Of a stretch of 64,000 nt of DNA, positions 1 to 9,166 are shown in pieces. Source of the DNA: an uncultured Erysipelotrichaceae bacterium (GTDB lineage: Bacteria; Bacillota_I; Bacilli_A; RF39; UBA660); the NCBI GenBank assembly GCA_902764145.1, contig CACWUS010000003.1:2980-66979 (forward strand), given 5' to 3'. The translations under genes were made by a program, and so were the position numbers. Numbering within the stretch: the stretch's first letter is position 1; each line of letters starts with the position of its first letter. The notes beneath the pieces were generated by a model that saw nothing but the letters and a program-made list of their open reading frames with translations, ran no database searches and was not told the origin of the DNA.

Positions 1-191
1 TATTTTCTTAAATATTTATCATAATCTTTATCATTTAATATTGCATCTAAAACAGCTATTGTCAAAATAGTATCATCACTATAAAAAGAATCATCTTGTA
101 ATAATCTTTCTGGATTAATACTATTAATTTTCTTTGTTTGAGAGTATTCATAAATGCTACCTACTAAATCTCCATATATTGCTCCATACAT
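1..191 (-). CDS. ADP-ribosylglycohydrolase (DraG/ARH) family protein, N-terminal 63 aa only (continues past window start)
   Basis: Own minus-strand translation from ATG at 191: MYGAIYGDLVGSIYEYSQTKKINSINPERLLQDDSFYSDDTILTIAVLDAILNDKDYDKYLRK. It fits the N-terminal GAxxGDxxGSxxE ... (F/Y)(S/T)DDT pattern of ARH-family hydrolases. The ATG lies 2 nt after the stop of 194..685. Absent from the ORF track because it is truncated. Confidence 0.65.
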   Translation of the reverse strand, partial: MYGAIYGDLVGSIYEYSQTKKINSINPERLLQDDSFYSDDTILTIAVLDAILNDKDYDKYLRK

Positions 192-193
192 AA

Positions 194-685
194 TTACATC
201 AACTTCTTTTCTAAATATTTTTCTTGTAATTTTTCTATATCTTTTGGAAATCCTTGCATATATAAAGAATAATTAACATCTATTCCAAATACATCTTCAT
301 CCTCTGTTTCATAATCAATTAATTCTTCTTTAACATCTATAATAAAATAATCTCCAAATACTTTTGATAAAATATATTTACTTATTAGTTTTCCGTTTGA
401 ATCAGAAAATATTGTATCTGAATTATATCCACCTACTAAATCAAGATAAATATATGATGTATTATCATCTTCTAAATCAAAAGAACAAAAACCATGTTTT
501 ATAGTTTCTGAAGATAAAATTTCTCTTATAAATTTATATGTATCAATTATAATTTTTCTTAAAAAATTATCATCATATTCTTTTTTTAGATTATTCTTTC
601 TTTTAATAATATTTTCTTCTGTATTATCTATTTCATATCTATAAACACTTATTAAGTACTCTTTATATTCTTCTAAAGTTATCAT
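194..685 (-). CDS. hypothetical acidic cytoplasmic protein (163 aa)
   Basis: ORF track. No TM segment or signal peptide, and the C-terminal half is Asp/Glu-rich. No family recognised. Tightly packed between the 2-TM protein gene and the ARH gene. Confidence 0.5.
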   Translation of the reverse strand: MITLEEYKEYLISVYRYEIDNTEENIIKRKNNLKKEYDDNFLRKIIIDTYKFIREILSSETIKHGFCSFDLEDDNTSYIYLDLVGGYNSDTIFSDSNGKLISKYILSKVFGDYFIIDVKEELIDYETEDEDVFGIDVNYSLYMQGFPKDIEKLQEKYLEKKLM

Positions 686-709
686 TTTATTTTCCCCCTT
701 GCATCAATA

Positions 710-1081
710 TTATTGTTTTAACATCCATTCCCATAATTCAGGGACTTGATAATATGCCATTATTGTACAATGTTTATATATGCTTATGTTTGGTAAATTA
801 GTTGCTTCTTTTACAAGTTCTGATTTTATAACACTTGCAAATTCTGTTGAACTATTACTTATATTAGCAAGAATATTCACAAATGTAGGTATAAGGAAAA
901 TAAGCAATGCAGCAATTACTTTTGTAACCCAACTTTTTAGTATCTTACTAGTTATTTCATTATCTTCAGAAGTTATTGTTCTAACAACTTCAATCATACA
1001 AGATAAAATTAGAATAATTGGTACTGCTATTTTAATAATTTTCAATATATCTGCATTACTACATATACCTAGTATATTCAT
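710..1081 (-). CDS. small two-TM membrane protein (VirB2/TrbC-like topology, family not established)
   Basis: Two hydrophobic helices (IIKIAVPIILILSCMIEVV and VIAALLIFLIPTFVNILANI) are joined by a short charged loop. I prefer ATG at 1081 (MNILGICS...) over the track TTG at 1099. GAGAG lies upstream of that ATG, and an extended -10 box at 1105..1113 would place the TSS near 1098. Confidence 0.5.
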   Translation of the reverse strand: MNILGICSNADILKIIKIAVPIILILSCMIEVVRTITSEDNEITSKILKSWVTKVIAALLIFLIPTFVNILANISNSSTEFASVIKSELVKEATNLPNISIYKHCTIMAYYQVPELWEWMLKQ

Positions 1082-1104
1082 ACTAATACATACTCTCAAT
1101 AATT

Positions 1105-1113
1105 ATTATATCA
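1105..1113 (-). promoter_or_regulatory. extended -10 promoter element (TGATATAAT) upstream of the 2-TM protein gene
   Basis: The minus strand reads TGATATAAT at 1113..1105, directly after the stop of 1117..1500. No good -35 was seen. Confidence 0.35.
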
Positions 1114-1116
1114 TAA

Positions 1117-1500
1117 TTATATATTATTTTCTTTATATATGCTAATCACATATAATAACAAACTATTACTGTTTTTATCATATAAAATATTATCAATTAT
1201 TGTTACCATATGATAATAATCTTTTTTATCATAGCAAAATACTATATATGATCCTTTTTCTAATTTTAAATCTTTTAACAATAAACCCTCACCATAATCA
1301 ATTTTATATGTGTTATTATTTTCCATATATTTTTCAAACACAATTATATCATTAAATGAAGATGAGTTTAACTTATTTGACAAAGTAACCAAATCATTAT
1401 ACACTTCATCATATTCTTTGTTATATAATTTACAAAAACTTCTAACAACACAGTTGCTTTTTCCATCTTTATTACTTATATAATATTCTTCAAATTTCAT
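1117..1500 (-). CDS. small papain-fold / peptidase C39-like cysteine peptidase candidate (127 aa)
   Basis: N-terminal SNC(17)VVRSF and C-terminal YYH(97)MVTIID(103)NILYD(108) have the spacing of a Cys...His...Asp/Asn papain-like triad (compare C39 HxVVL....DP). No signal peptide. SD AAGGAGAAAAT precedes the ATG. The assignment is by motif only. Confidence 0.4.
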   Translation of the reverse strand: MKFEEYYISNKDGKSNCVVRSFCKLYNKEYDEVYNDLVTLSNKLNSSSFNDIIVFEKYMENNNTYKIDYGEGLLLKDLKLEKGSYIVFCYDKKDYYHMVTIIDNILYDKNSNSLLLYVISIYKENNI

Positions 1501-1512
1501 ATTTTCTCCTTA

Positions 1513-1537
1513 TTAAAAAAAGTAGATAAATCTACTT
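1513..1537 (-). terminator. rho-independent terminator after cdd
   Basis: Stem AGTAGAT/ATCTACT (1521..1527 and 1530..1536) is followed on the minus strand by a T run (A run 1514..1520 on plus). It overlaps the cdd stop codon. Confidence 0.55.
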
Positions 1538-1928
1538 ATATTTTAAATCTATGAGGAAGAACTTCATCAATAGTATATTCATCAATTTTGCCATTATTTG
1601 GAATATAAATTTTAAAATCATCTCCTACAAATTCACTCATAAATTGTCTACAATATCCACATGGCATACATGCTAAAATTGGTTCTTCTCCTTTTGGCGC
1701 ACCTACTACTGTTATACTTTCAAATTCACTTTCACCTTCACTAATAGCTTTAGCAAAAGCTGTTCTTTCTGCACATAAACCTTGTATTCCTTGATTTTCA
1801 ATATTACATCCCATATATGTATTTCCATTTTTACATCTAAGTAATGCTCCCACTTGAAAATTACTAAATGGACTATGTGAATTTAATCTTGCTTTCTTAG
1901 CAAATCCTATATCTTCTTTATGTATCAT
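1536..1928 (-). CDS. cdd: cytidine deaminase
   Basis: 130 aa with CAERTAF (zinc Cys plus catalytic Glu) and PCGYCRQF zinc-ligand motifs, typical of homotetrameric cytidine deaminases. Confidence 0.92.
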   Translation of the reverse strand: MIHKEDIGFAKKARLNSHSPFSNFQVGALLRCKNGNTYMGCNIENQGIQGLCAERTAFAKAISEGESEFESITVVGAPKGEEPILACMPCGYCRQFMSEFVGDDFKIYIPNNGKIDEYTIDEVLPHRFKI

Positions 1929-1974
1929 ATTATTACTCCTTATAATCTAATTTTAACTTTATTTTATATTTTTT

Positions 1975-2009
1975 TCAATTAAAAACTCTATTTCAATAGA
2001 AATAGAGTT
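1975..2009 (-). terminator. rho-independent terminator after glmS
   Basis: Perfect 11-bp stem AACTCTATTTC (1984..1994) / GAAATAGAGTT (1999..2009) with a 4-nt loop, followed on the minus strand by TTTTTAATTG. Confidence 0.8.
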
Positions 2010-2019
2010 ATATTTAACA

Positions 2020-3786
2020 TTATTCAACAGTAACAGATTTGGCTAAATTTCTAGGTTTATCTATATCACATCCACGATATTTAGCAACATTATATGCTAT
2101 TAACTGAAGTGGTATAACTGTAAGTATTGGTTCTATTATATCATGAACTTTTGGAATAATAATTTTTTTATCATAAAAATCATCTTCTATATCTTCATTT
2201 GTTATGAATATAACATAAGCACCTCTAGATTTAATTTCTTTTAAATTACTTATAGTTTTACTCATTATTTCTTTTTTAGTACATATACCAACAACTCTTG
2301 TATTATCATTTATTAATGATATAGTTCCATGTTTTAATTCTCCTGATGATATAGCAAGCGCATTTATATAAGATGTTTCTTTTAATTTTAATGCACCTTC
2401 TTGGCATAAAGCATAATCAATAAGTCTACCTATATAAAATACATTATCATGATTATATATTTCTTTTGCATAATCACGGTAATCTAAATTTAATAAGTAT
2501 TCTATTTTATTTTCTATTCCATTTAACTCTTTTAATAATTCTAGTTTACCTGAAAGTTTTATTGCAAGTAATGATAAAAGTGTTGCTTGAGCCAAAAATG
2601 CTTTTGTAGTTGCAACTGCTATTTCTGGACCTGCTTTTACATATAGAGTGTAATCAGCTTCTCTTGATATTGAACTTCCAACTACATTAACAATAGCTAG
2701 AGTATCAACATGATTTTCTTTTGCCATTCTAAGAGCTGCAAGAGAATCAGCTGTTTCACCAGACTGACTAATTATAATTACTAATGTACTATCATTATAA
2801 AATACTTTTTTATATCTATATTCACTAGCTACTTCACAAGTTACTTCAATATTAGCAAACTCACTTATTAAGTATTCTCCAATTAGTCCTACATAATAAG
2901 CACTACCACATCCAACTATATGTATTCTTTTATACTTTTTAAGATTAATCATTGTATCTTTAAAACTATTATCTTTAACATAATAATTTAATGTATCTAA
3001 AAATACTTTGCCTTCCTCATGTATTTCTTTTAACATATAATGATCATATCCATTTAACATTATAGTTTCATATGTACCTTCAAATACTTTTATTTCTTTT
3101 TTTATTTTATTTAAATTTAGATTATAAAATTCACACCTATTACTTTCTAAAACAGCTATTTCATTTTCTTCAAGAATAATATATTTATTTGTAAAACTTA
3201 ATATAGCAGGTACATCACTAGCTATATAGTATCCACTATCATCTTTAGCTACAATAAGTGGACTACCACATCTAAATGCATATAAATGATTAATATCATC
3301 TTCACATATTATTCCAACAGCATAACTACCCTTTATTCTATTAATAGTTTTCTTTATAACACTTAATATATTTTTATCACTTCTATAGTAAAAATCTAAT
3401 AAAGCAGGTATTACTTCTGTATCTGTATCTGATTTAAATTCAATATTATTTTTTAAAAGCTCATTTTTTATTTCTAAATAGTTTTCAATAATACCATTAT
3501 GTACTACTGTAAATTTTCCCACCTTATGAGGATGTGAATTTTTAACACTTGGTCCTCCATGAGTTGCCCATCTTGTATGTCCTAAACCTATTTTAGAATC
3601 TATATTTATATCTAATATATTTTCTAAAGCTTTAATTTTGCCAACTTCTTTAATAATGTTAACTTTATTGTTTTTTACATAGGCAATACCAGAAGAGTCA
3701 TATCCTCTATATTCTAAGAATTTTAAACTATTCAAAATCTTAGGAATAGCTCTTTCTTTACCTATGTAGCCAACTATTCCACACAT
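2020..3786 (-). CDS. glmS: glutamine--fructose-6-phosphate aminotransferase (isomerizing)
   Basis: 588 aa with the N-terminal MCGIVGYIG Ntn-amidotransferase start, two SIS domains and a C-terminal ...AKSVTVE. A glmS ribozyme lies in its leader. Confidence 0.97.
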   Translation of the reverse strand: MCGIVGYIGKERAIPKILNSLKFLEYRGYDSSGIAYVKNNKVNIIKEVGKIKALENILDINIDSKIGLGHTRWATHGGPSVKNSHPHKVGKFTVVHNGIIENYLEIKNELLKNNIEFKSDTDTEVIPALLDFYYRSDKNILSVIKKTINRIKGSYAVGIICEDDINHLYAFRCGSPLIVAKDDSGYYIASDVPAILSFTNKYIILEENEIAVLESNRCEFYNLNLNKIKKEIKVFEGTYETIMLNGYDHYMLKEIHEEGKVFLDTLNYYVKDNSFKDTMINLKKYKRIHIVGCGSAYYVGLIGEYLISEFANIEVTCEVASEYRYKKVFYNDSTLVIIISQSGETADSLAALRMAKENHVDTLAIVNVVGSSISREADYTLYVKAGPEIAVATTKAFLAQATLLSLLAIKLSGKLELLKELNGIENKIEYLLNLDYRDYAKEIYNHDNVFYIGRLIDYALCQEGALKLKETSYINALAISSGELKHGTISLINDNTRVVGICTKKEIMSKTISNLKEIKSRGAYVIFITNEDIEDDFYDKKIIIPKVHDIIEPILTVIPLQLIAYNVAKYRGCDIDKPRNLAKSVTVE

Positions 3787-3807
3787 TATTATTGTCTCCT
3801 TAAATTC

Positions 3808-3945
3808 TAGTATGATATACCTTTTGTTACAATGTTGATTTTGTTTTTTTTAGCATATCTTACGAACACTAGTATCCGTGATAGAACCCGCTGATACAAT
3901 TCGATAACTATCATCCTCGTCAACCAAAGTGGTCCATGCGCTAAC
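3808..3945 (-). ncRNA. glmS ribozyme: glmS ribozyme (GlcN6P-activated self-cleaving riboswitch) in the glmS 5' UTR
   Basis: The minus strand reads ...TTGTT AGCGCATGGACCACTTTGGTTGACGAGGATGATAGTTATCGAATTGTATCAGCGGGTTCTATCACGGATACTAGTGTTCGTAAGATATGC... This contains the cleavage-site AGCGC, the core GACGAGGAUG..GUUAUCGAAUU...GGCGG block and the downstream CGUAAG element known from Bacillus and Thermoanaerobacter glmS ribozymes. The position between the promoter (3987..4015) and the glmS ATG (3786) is as expected. The 3' boundary is approximate. Confidence 0.85.
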
Positions 3946-3986
3946 AATAAACATACAACCTTTCCAATTTATTGTTTTATATACAA

Positions 3987-4015
3987 ATTATATAATATAT
4001 TATGAAATTAATCAA
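3987..4015 (-). promoter_or_regulatory. sigma-A type promoter of the glmS leader
   Basis: On the minus strand, TTGATT (4015..4010), a 17-nt spacer and TATAAT (3992..3987), about 40 nt upstream of the ribozyme cleavage site. Confidence 0.65.
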
Positions 4016-4027
4016 ATTTAGATTATT

Positions 4028-4070
4028 ACAAAAAAAGAGATAAACTCTCTTAATGACTATTTATCTCTTT
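4028..4070 (-). terminator. rho-independent terminator after the ATPase-lipoprotein operon
   Basis: Stem AAAGAGATAAA (4034..4044) / TTTATCTCTTT (4060..4070) with a 15-nt loop, followed by a minus-strand T run (TTTTTTTG). Confidence 0.6.
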
Positions 4071-4090
4071 AACATGAACTATTTATTGAA

Positions 4091-4930
4091 TTAATATGAA
4101 AATATTAATTTATCATTTTGATAAACATAAGGACCATTTGCTCCTTCAAAAGAAAAGTAATTAGCTCTTTTACTAAATAATTCTTTCAAATCTTGTGGAC
4201 TTTTAATAACAGTTATTTGGTATGGCATTTCAAAAGCAAGTTTTTCTATAAATAAATATTTATCATCTAAATTAATTAATACACCTGTGTGACCTACAAA
4301 TAATAAATCATCATATTCATCATGCATAACAACACTTATTAATGAAACATTGCCATTATCAATACTAATACCATAATCTTCCCATTTATTTGTAAAAACA
4401 TTTTCTAAATTTTCTTTTTTCACTTTAGATACATCTATTTCATCATATAAAGTAACAAATTCATCAAAATGATCATTTACTACTTTATAATCATTATTAT
4501 TTTCTAAAACATCTAAATCAAACATTAAATATGTTCCATAATTTTGCTGTTTTTCTTTTATTTTTAACTTACTTTGTATTAAAGCAAAAGCAGTAATCCT
4601 ACAGTCCCCATCTGATACTTCATGATTCTTTTCATATCTATTTATACATTTAACTTCATCATAATTAACTTTACTAGTATCAATATAATCGTTAAGATTA
4701 CATCCCAAATCTTCTTCTTTATTATAATCATTTAATAAATTAAAGAATAAATCTATATTTGATAAATTATTATCTTCAAATATTTTTTTAATTTCTTCTC
4801 TATCAGTTTCATTTAATAAATTAGTTGAATATCCTATATTAAATGAATACTCTTTTTTTATTTCTTCTTGTCTTTTACTACAGCCAAATAATAATAAACA
4901 TATAAGTAATAAACATAATGATTTTTTCAT
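4091..4930 (-). CDS. putative lipoprotein (279 aa)
   Basis: Signal peptide with lipobox MKKSLCLLLICLLLFG-C-S. The mature part has a conserved-looking Cys (GDCRITAF) and His (FVGHTGVL). It starts 8 nt downstream of the P-type ATPase gene. Family not established. Confidence 0.7.
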   Translation of the reverse strand: MKKSLCLLLICLLLFGCSKRQEEIKKEYSFNIGYSTNLLNETDREEIKKIFEDNNLSNIDLFFNLLNDYNKEEDLGCNLNDYIDTSKVNYDEVKCINRYEKNHEVSDGDCRITAFALIQSKLKIKEKQQNYGTYLMFDLDVLENNNDYKVVNDHFDEFVTLYDEIDVSKVKKENLENVFTNKWEDYGISIDNGNVSLISVVMHDEYDDLLFVGHTGVLINLDDKYLFIEKLAFEMPYQITVIKSPQDLKELFSKRANYFSFEGANGPYVYQNDKLIFSY

Positions 4931-4938
4931 AACCTCTC

Positions 4939-7302
4939 CTATTTATTTATTTTATAAATGTTTGATTCTATTTCTATTGTATTATCAAATTTATGAAATA
5001 TATATGTAATAACATAATTTAATACTTTATATATATAGAATGAATCAATAGCAAGTACAAATATTATAAGAATACTTACCTTATTAAGTGGTACTATGTT
5101 AAAAAATTCTGGTTGGAATAATACACAATATGAAAATCCTAGTAACATAGCAAAGAACAATGTTCCTCTATATATATTTAGTGGTCTACATATCTTAAGT
5201 AAATAATAAAGCCCACTTATTGTTGTTAAAATAACGCTTATACTACTTTGGAGTTCATAACTTAGATTAAATACACTAGAAAATGCAGATACAAGTACTA
5301 CATTAAATACTACAATTAATGCTGTAGGTAGGCTTCTTGAAAATATTTTAAACAAGAAATTTCCTTTTACAAGTTCACTATTTGGTTCAAGAGCAAGTAT
5401 AAATGATGGTGCTCCTATTGTAAATGTTGTAATAAAAGTAAGTTGAATTGGTATAAAGAAATATTTTTGAAATGAAATAATACTAAATATAATTAACATC
5501 ATAGTAAATAATGTTTTAACAAGTAAAAGCGATGCACTTCTTTCAACATTATTAATTGTTTGTCTTCCTTCTGCGACTACTTTAGGAAGTGAGTTAAAAT
5601 CATCATCTAGAAGTATTAATTGACTTACATTTCTAGCAGCATCACTACCAGATTTTACTGATATGGCACAATCACTTTCTTTTAGTGCAAGAACATCATT
5701 TACCCCATCTCCAGTCATCGCAACTGTGTGTCCTTTGCTTTTCAAATACTTAATTATTACTTTCTTTTGTTCAGGTTTACACCTACCAAATATTTGATAT
5801 TTATCAATTACATCTTCAAGTTCTTGATCACTTAAAGTTCCTATATCTACTCCATCTATATCTTTAAGTCCAACTTTTCTAGCAATAGATTTAACAGTTT
5901 TTATATTATCTCCAGATATTATCTTAACATCAACATTATTCTTTTTGAAATATTCTAGTGTTTCTTTAGCTGAAGGTCTTATAACATCTTCTATTAATAT
6001 ATATCCTACTTTTTCAATACCAGTTAAACTTTCATCAATGCTTCCATTCTTAATACCAAGAGCAAGTACTCTGTATTCTTCTACATATTCATCAACACTA
6101 TCATCAACTTTACCTTTAAAAACTACGTCAGGCGCTCCTAAATATAATGAATAATCATCAAATTCAATTGCAGAATATTTTCTAGAAGATGAAAATAATA
6201 TTTTATTTTTAGAATTCTCTTTTATACCATCAAAATGTTTTTTTAATGCTGTCATTGTTTGATTAGTATCTTCACTAGCAAGAGTATATTTTTTTAAATA
6301 TTCTTCTATTTTAGCTTTATTATATTTTTTAGTTTCAATAACTCCTTTATACTCCATAGAGCCTTCTGTTAATGTACCTGTTTTATCTAAACAAATAGTA
6401 TCAACTCTAGCAAGTATTTCAATAGCATACAATTCTTGTACTAAAACATGTACTCTATAAAGCTTAATAACACCTACTGCCATTACAGAAGAAGTTAAAA
6501 GAATTAATCCTTCTGGAATCATTCCTATTAATGACGCTACTGTTGTAAATATACTTGCACCAAAATCTTTAGTTATCATATATTGGCTTATTAACATTAT
6601 AATTCCAATTGGTATTATTAATATTGATAATATTTTAAGCATCTTTGTGAATGATCCCATTACCATAGAATTAATATTCTTTTTGTATTTTGCTTCATTT
6701 GTTATTTTAGATACATAATTATCTTTTCCAACATGTATTACTTGGGCAGTTGCATTTCCTGATATTATAAATGATCCACTTAAAAGTTCATCACCGACAC
6801 TCTTTTTAATAGCATCACTTTCTCCAGTAATTAAACACTCATTTACTTCAAGTTCTCCTTCTAATATAACACTATCAGATACTATTTGATGTCCCATAGA
6901 TAGTTTAATAATATCATCAAGTACTAAGTCTTCTAAAGATAACGTCACTTCTTTTCCTTCTCTTAAAGCAATTGCCTTTGATTCAGAAACTACAGATAAT
7001 CTATCAATTATTTTTTTAGATATTATTTCTTCTATAATACTAATAATTGAGTTAACTATAATAACTCCCATAAATAAGCAATTTTTAAGACCATTTAAAA
7101 CATTACCATTAATTAAACTAGATATAAATACAGCAAGACCTAATGCTAAGTTTAAAAAGTTAAAATAAGTAAATACATTATCTCTTATAATTTCACTAAT
7201 AGTTTTAGTTTTAGGAGCATCATTATAATTATAAAGGCCTTTCTTTATTCTCTCTTCTACTTCACTATTACTAAGTCCTTTTTTAATATCAACTTTATTC
7301 AT
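4939..7302 (-). CDS. cation-transporting P-type ATPase (P2/P3-like, HAD-IC)
   Basis: 787 aa with DKTGTLT phosphorylation motif, IPEGL in TM4, TGES actuator motif and MTGDGVNDVLALK hinge. Ion specificity cannot be read from the sequence. Confidence 0.9.
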   Translation of the reverse strand: MNKVDIKKGLSNSEVEERIKKGLYNYNDAPKTKTISEIIRDNVFTYFNFLNLALGLAVFISSLINGNVLNGLKNCLFMGVIIVNSIISIIEEIISKKIIDRLSVVSESKAIALREGKEVTLSLEDLVLDDIIKLSMGHQIVSDSVILEGELEVNECLITGESDAIKKSVGDELLSGSFIISGNATAQVIHVGKDNYVSKITNEAKYKKNINSMVMGSFTKMLKILSILIIPIGIIMLISQYMITKDFGASIFTTVASLIGMIPEGLILLTSSVMAVGVIKLYRVHVLVQELYAIEILARVDTICLDKTGTLTEGSMEYKGVIETKKYNKAKIEEYLKKYTLASEDTNQTMTALKKHFDGIKENSKNKILFSSSRKYSAIEFDDYSLYLGAPDVVFKGKVDDSVDEYVEEYRVLALGIKNGSIDESLTGIEKVGYILIEDVIRPSAKETLEYFKKNNVDVKIISGDNIKTVKSIARKVGLKDIDGVDIGTLSDQELEDVIDKYQIFGRCKPEQKKVIIKYLKSKGHTVAMTGDGVNDVLALKESDCAISVKSGSDAARNVSQLILLDDDFNSLPKVVAEGRQTINNVERSASLLLVKTLFTMMLIIFSIISFQKYFFIPIQLTFITTFTIGAPSFILALEPNSELVKGNFLFKIFSRSLPTALIVVFNVVLVSAFSSVFNLSYELQSSISVILTTISGLYYLLKICRPLNIYRGTLFFAMLLGFSYCVLFQPEFFNIVPLNKVSILIIFVLAIDSFYIYKVLNYVITYIFHKFDNTIEIESNIYKINK

Positions 7303-7368
7303 ACTGCACTCCTTAAATAATTATATATATTATTATACCATAATTAATTACTATTATTTTAATAAACG

Positions 7369-7377
7369 TGATATAAT
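7369..7377 (+). promoter_or_regulatory. extended -10 promoter element (TGATATAAT) for the acyl-CoA ligase gene
   Basis: TGATATAAT at 7369..7377, about 20 nt upstream of the first ATG. The -35 is weak. Confidence 0.45.
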
Positions 7378-7395
7378 TTAATATATACATATAAA

Positions 7396-9138
7396 ATGAA
7401 AGGAAAAATTATGGGAAAAGTAAATAATTATATTGATAAATTACTAAAATATATTAAGAAAGATAAAAAAATAAACAAAGAAAAGCCATGGTTAAAATAT
7501 TATGATAATACTCCTGAAAGTTTAAATTATTTTGATGGAAGTATGTATGATTATTTAAGTGAAAGTGCTTATAGAAATTCTGATAGAAATGCGTATACTT
7601 TTTATAATAGTACATGTACTTATAAAAGTTTCATGAAAAAAATTAGTAAAATAGCTAATGCATTAACAAGATTTAATATAGTAGAAAATGAATGTGTAAC
7701 ATTATGCTTACCTAATACCCCAGAAAGTTTTGCATTAATATATGCAATTAATAAAATTGGAGCTATTGCTAATATAGTGCATCCATTATCAACTACTGAA
7801 GAAATAAAAAGAGCTTTAAAAGAAACAAATAGTCAGGTATTATTCTGTTCTGATGTTTCTATGCCAAAAGCAAGAGATATTAAAGTTAAACATTTTATAA
7901 TGATACCTACAAGTCAAAGTTTAAAAGGTATATTAAAGACTCTTTATAATTTTAAGAATTCAAACAATATGAAGCTTGAAGATAATATGATGACTTGGGA
8001 TGAATTTTTAGATTATAAATTGGAAAAAGATGTTTATGTTAAAAGAGAAAGTGATGATCCAGCAGCTATTATTTATAGTGGTGGTACTACTGGTAAACAA
8101 AAAGGAATTATTTTATCAAATAAGAACTTTAATGCTATGGCTCTACAAACTATAACAGTATGTAATAAAGCCGTTCCTGGTAATACATTATTATCAGCAC
8201 TACCAATATTTCATGTATTTGGATTATCAATTGGTGTACACTCTGGTCTTATTGGAGGTATGACACTTATTATTGTTCCAAAATTAAATACTAAAAAAAT
8301 AAATTCTGAATTAAAAAAATATAAACCAAGTGTATATCCTGCTGTACCATCATTGTTGAAAATGTCATTAAATGGAAAAGATCCTGGTAAAAACTCATTA
8401 AAAGATATTAAAGTAGCTGTAGTTGGAGGAGATTATTTATCACCTCAAACAAAAAAAGAATTTGAAGACTTTTTACATAAGCATGGTAGTGATGCAGTTA
8501 TTAAAATTGGATATGGTTTATCTGAAGCAACAGGTTTTAGTTGCACAACAGCTCACATTAATGAAGAAAAAGTTAAAACTAATAGTCTTGGAATTCCTAA
8601 TCCAGATACAATCGTTAAAATATGTGAACCAAATAGTGATATAGAAAAATCTACAAATGATATTGGTGAAATATGTATTAGTGGACCAACTATTATGATG
8701 GGATACATAAATGAAGATAATGAAACTAAAAAAACTCTTATAGTTCATCATGATGGAAGAATATACCTTCATACTGGTGATCTTGGATATATGGATGAAG
8801 ATGGAGTTATATTCTATTCTTCAAGATTAAAAAGAATGATAATATCTAATGGCTATAATATATATCCATTAGAACTTGAGAATATTATTTCTAAATGTAA
8901 ATATGTTGAAAGTTGTACTGTTGTAAGTGTTCCACATAAAATAAAAAATCAAACTCCAAAAGCAGTTATAGTATTAAAAAATGGTATAGAAGATACATTT
9001 GAAATAAGAAATGAAATTAAATCATATTGCTTTAAAAATATTGCTAGATATGCCCTACCTAGTGAATATGAATTTAGAAAGTCTCTACCTGTAACAGCAG
9101 TTGGAAAAGTTGATTATAGAAAATTGCAAAACAAATAA
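7396..9138 (+). CDS. AMP-binding acyl-CoA synthetase (long-chain fatty acid--CoA ligase like)
   Basis: 580 aa with the adenylate-forming signature YSGGTTGKQKG, then GYGLSE, HTGDLG and a C-terminal catalytic GK(V). The start may instead be the ATG at 7411, which has AAAGGA upstream. Confidence 0.88.
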   Translation: MKGKIMGKVNNYIDKLLKYIKKDKKINKEKPWLKYYDNTPESLNYFDGSMYDYLSESAYRNSDRNAYTFYNSTCTYKSFMKKISKIANALTRFNIVENECVTLCLPNTPESFALIYAINKIGAIANIVHPLSTTEEIKRALKETNSQVLFCSDVSMPKARDIKVKHFIMIPTSQSLKGILKTLYNFKNSNNMKLEDNMMTWDEFLDYKLEKDVYVKRESDDPAAIIYSGGTTGKQKGIILSNKNFNAMALQTITVCNKAVPGNTLLSALPIFHVFGLSIGVHSGLIGGMTLIIVPKLNTKKINSELKKYKPSVYPAVPSLLKMSLNGKDPGKNSLKDIKVAVVGGDYLSPQTKKEFEDFLHKHGSDAVIKIGYGLSEATGFSCTTAHINEEKVKTNSLGIPNPDTIVKICEPNSDIEKSTNDIGEICISGPTIMMGYINEDNETKKTLIVHHDGRIYLHTGDLGYMDEDGVIFYSSRLKRMIISNGYNIYPLELENIISKCKYVESCTVVSVPHKIKNQTPKAVIVLKNGIEDTFEIRNEIKSYCFKNIARYALPSEYEFRKSLPVTAVGKVDYRKLQNK

Positions 9139-9166
9139 AAAATATTAGTTAACTAATATTTTTTTT
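9138..9166. terminator. bidirectional terminator between convergent genes
   Basis: Perfect palindrome AAAAATATTAGTT/AACTAATATTTTT (9138..9163) flanked by A and T runs. It overlaps the stops of both convergent CDS. Confidence 0.65.
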
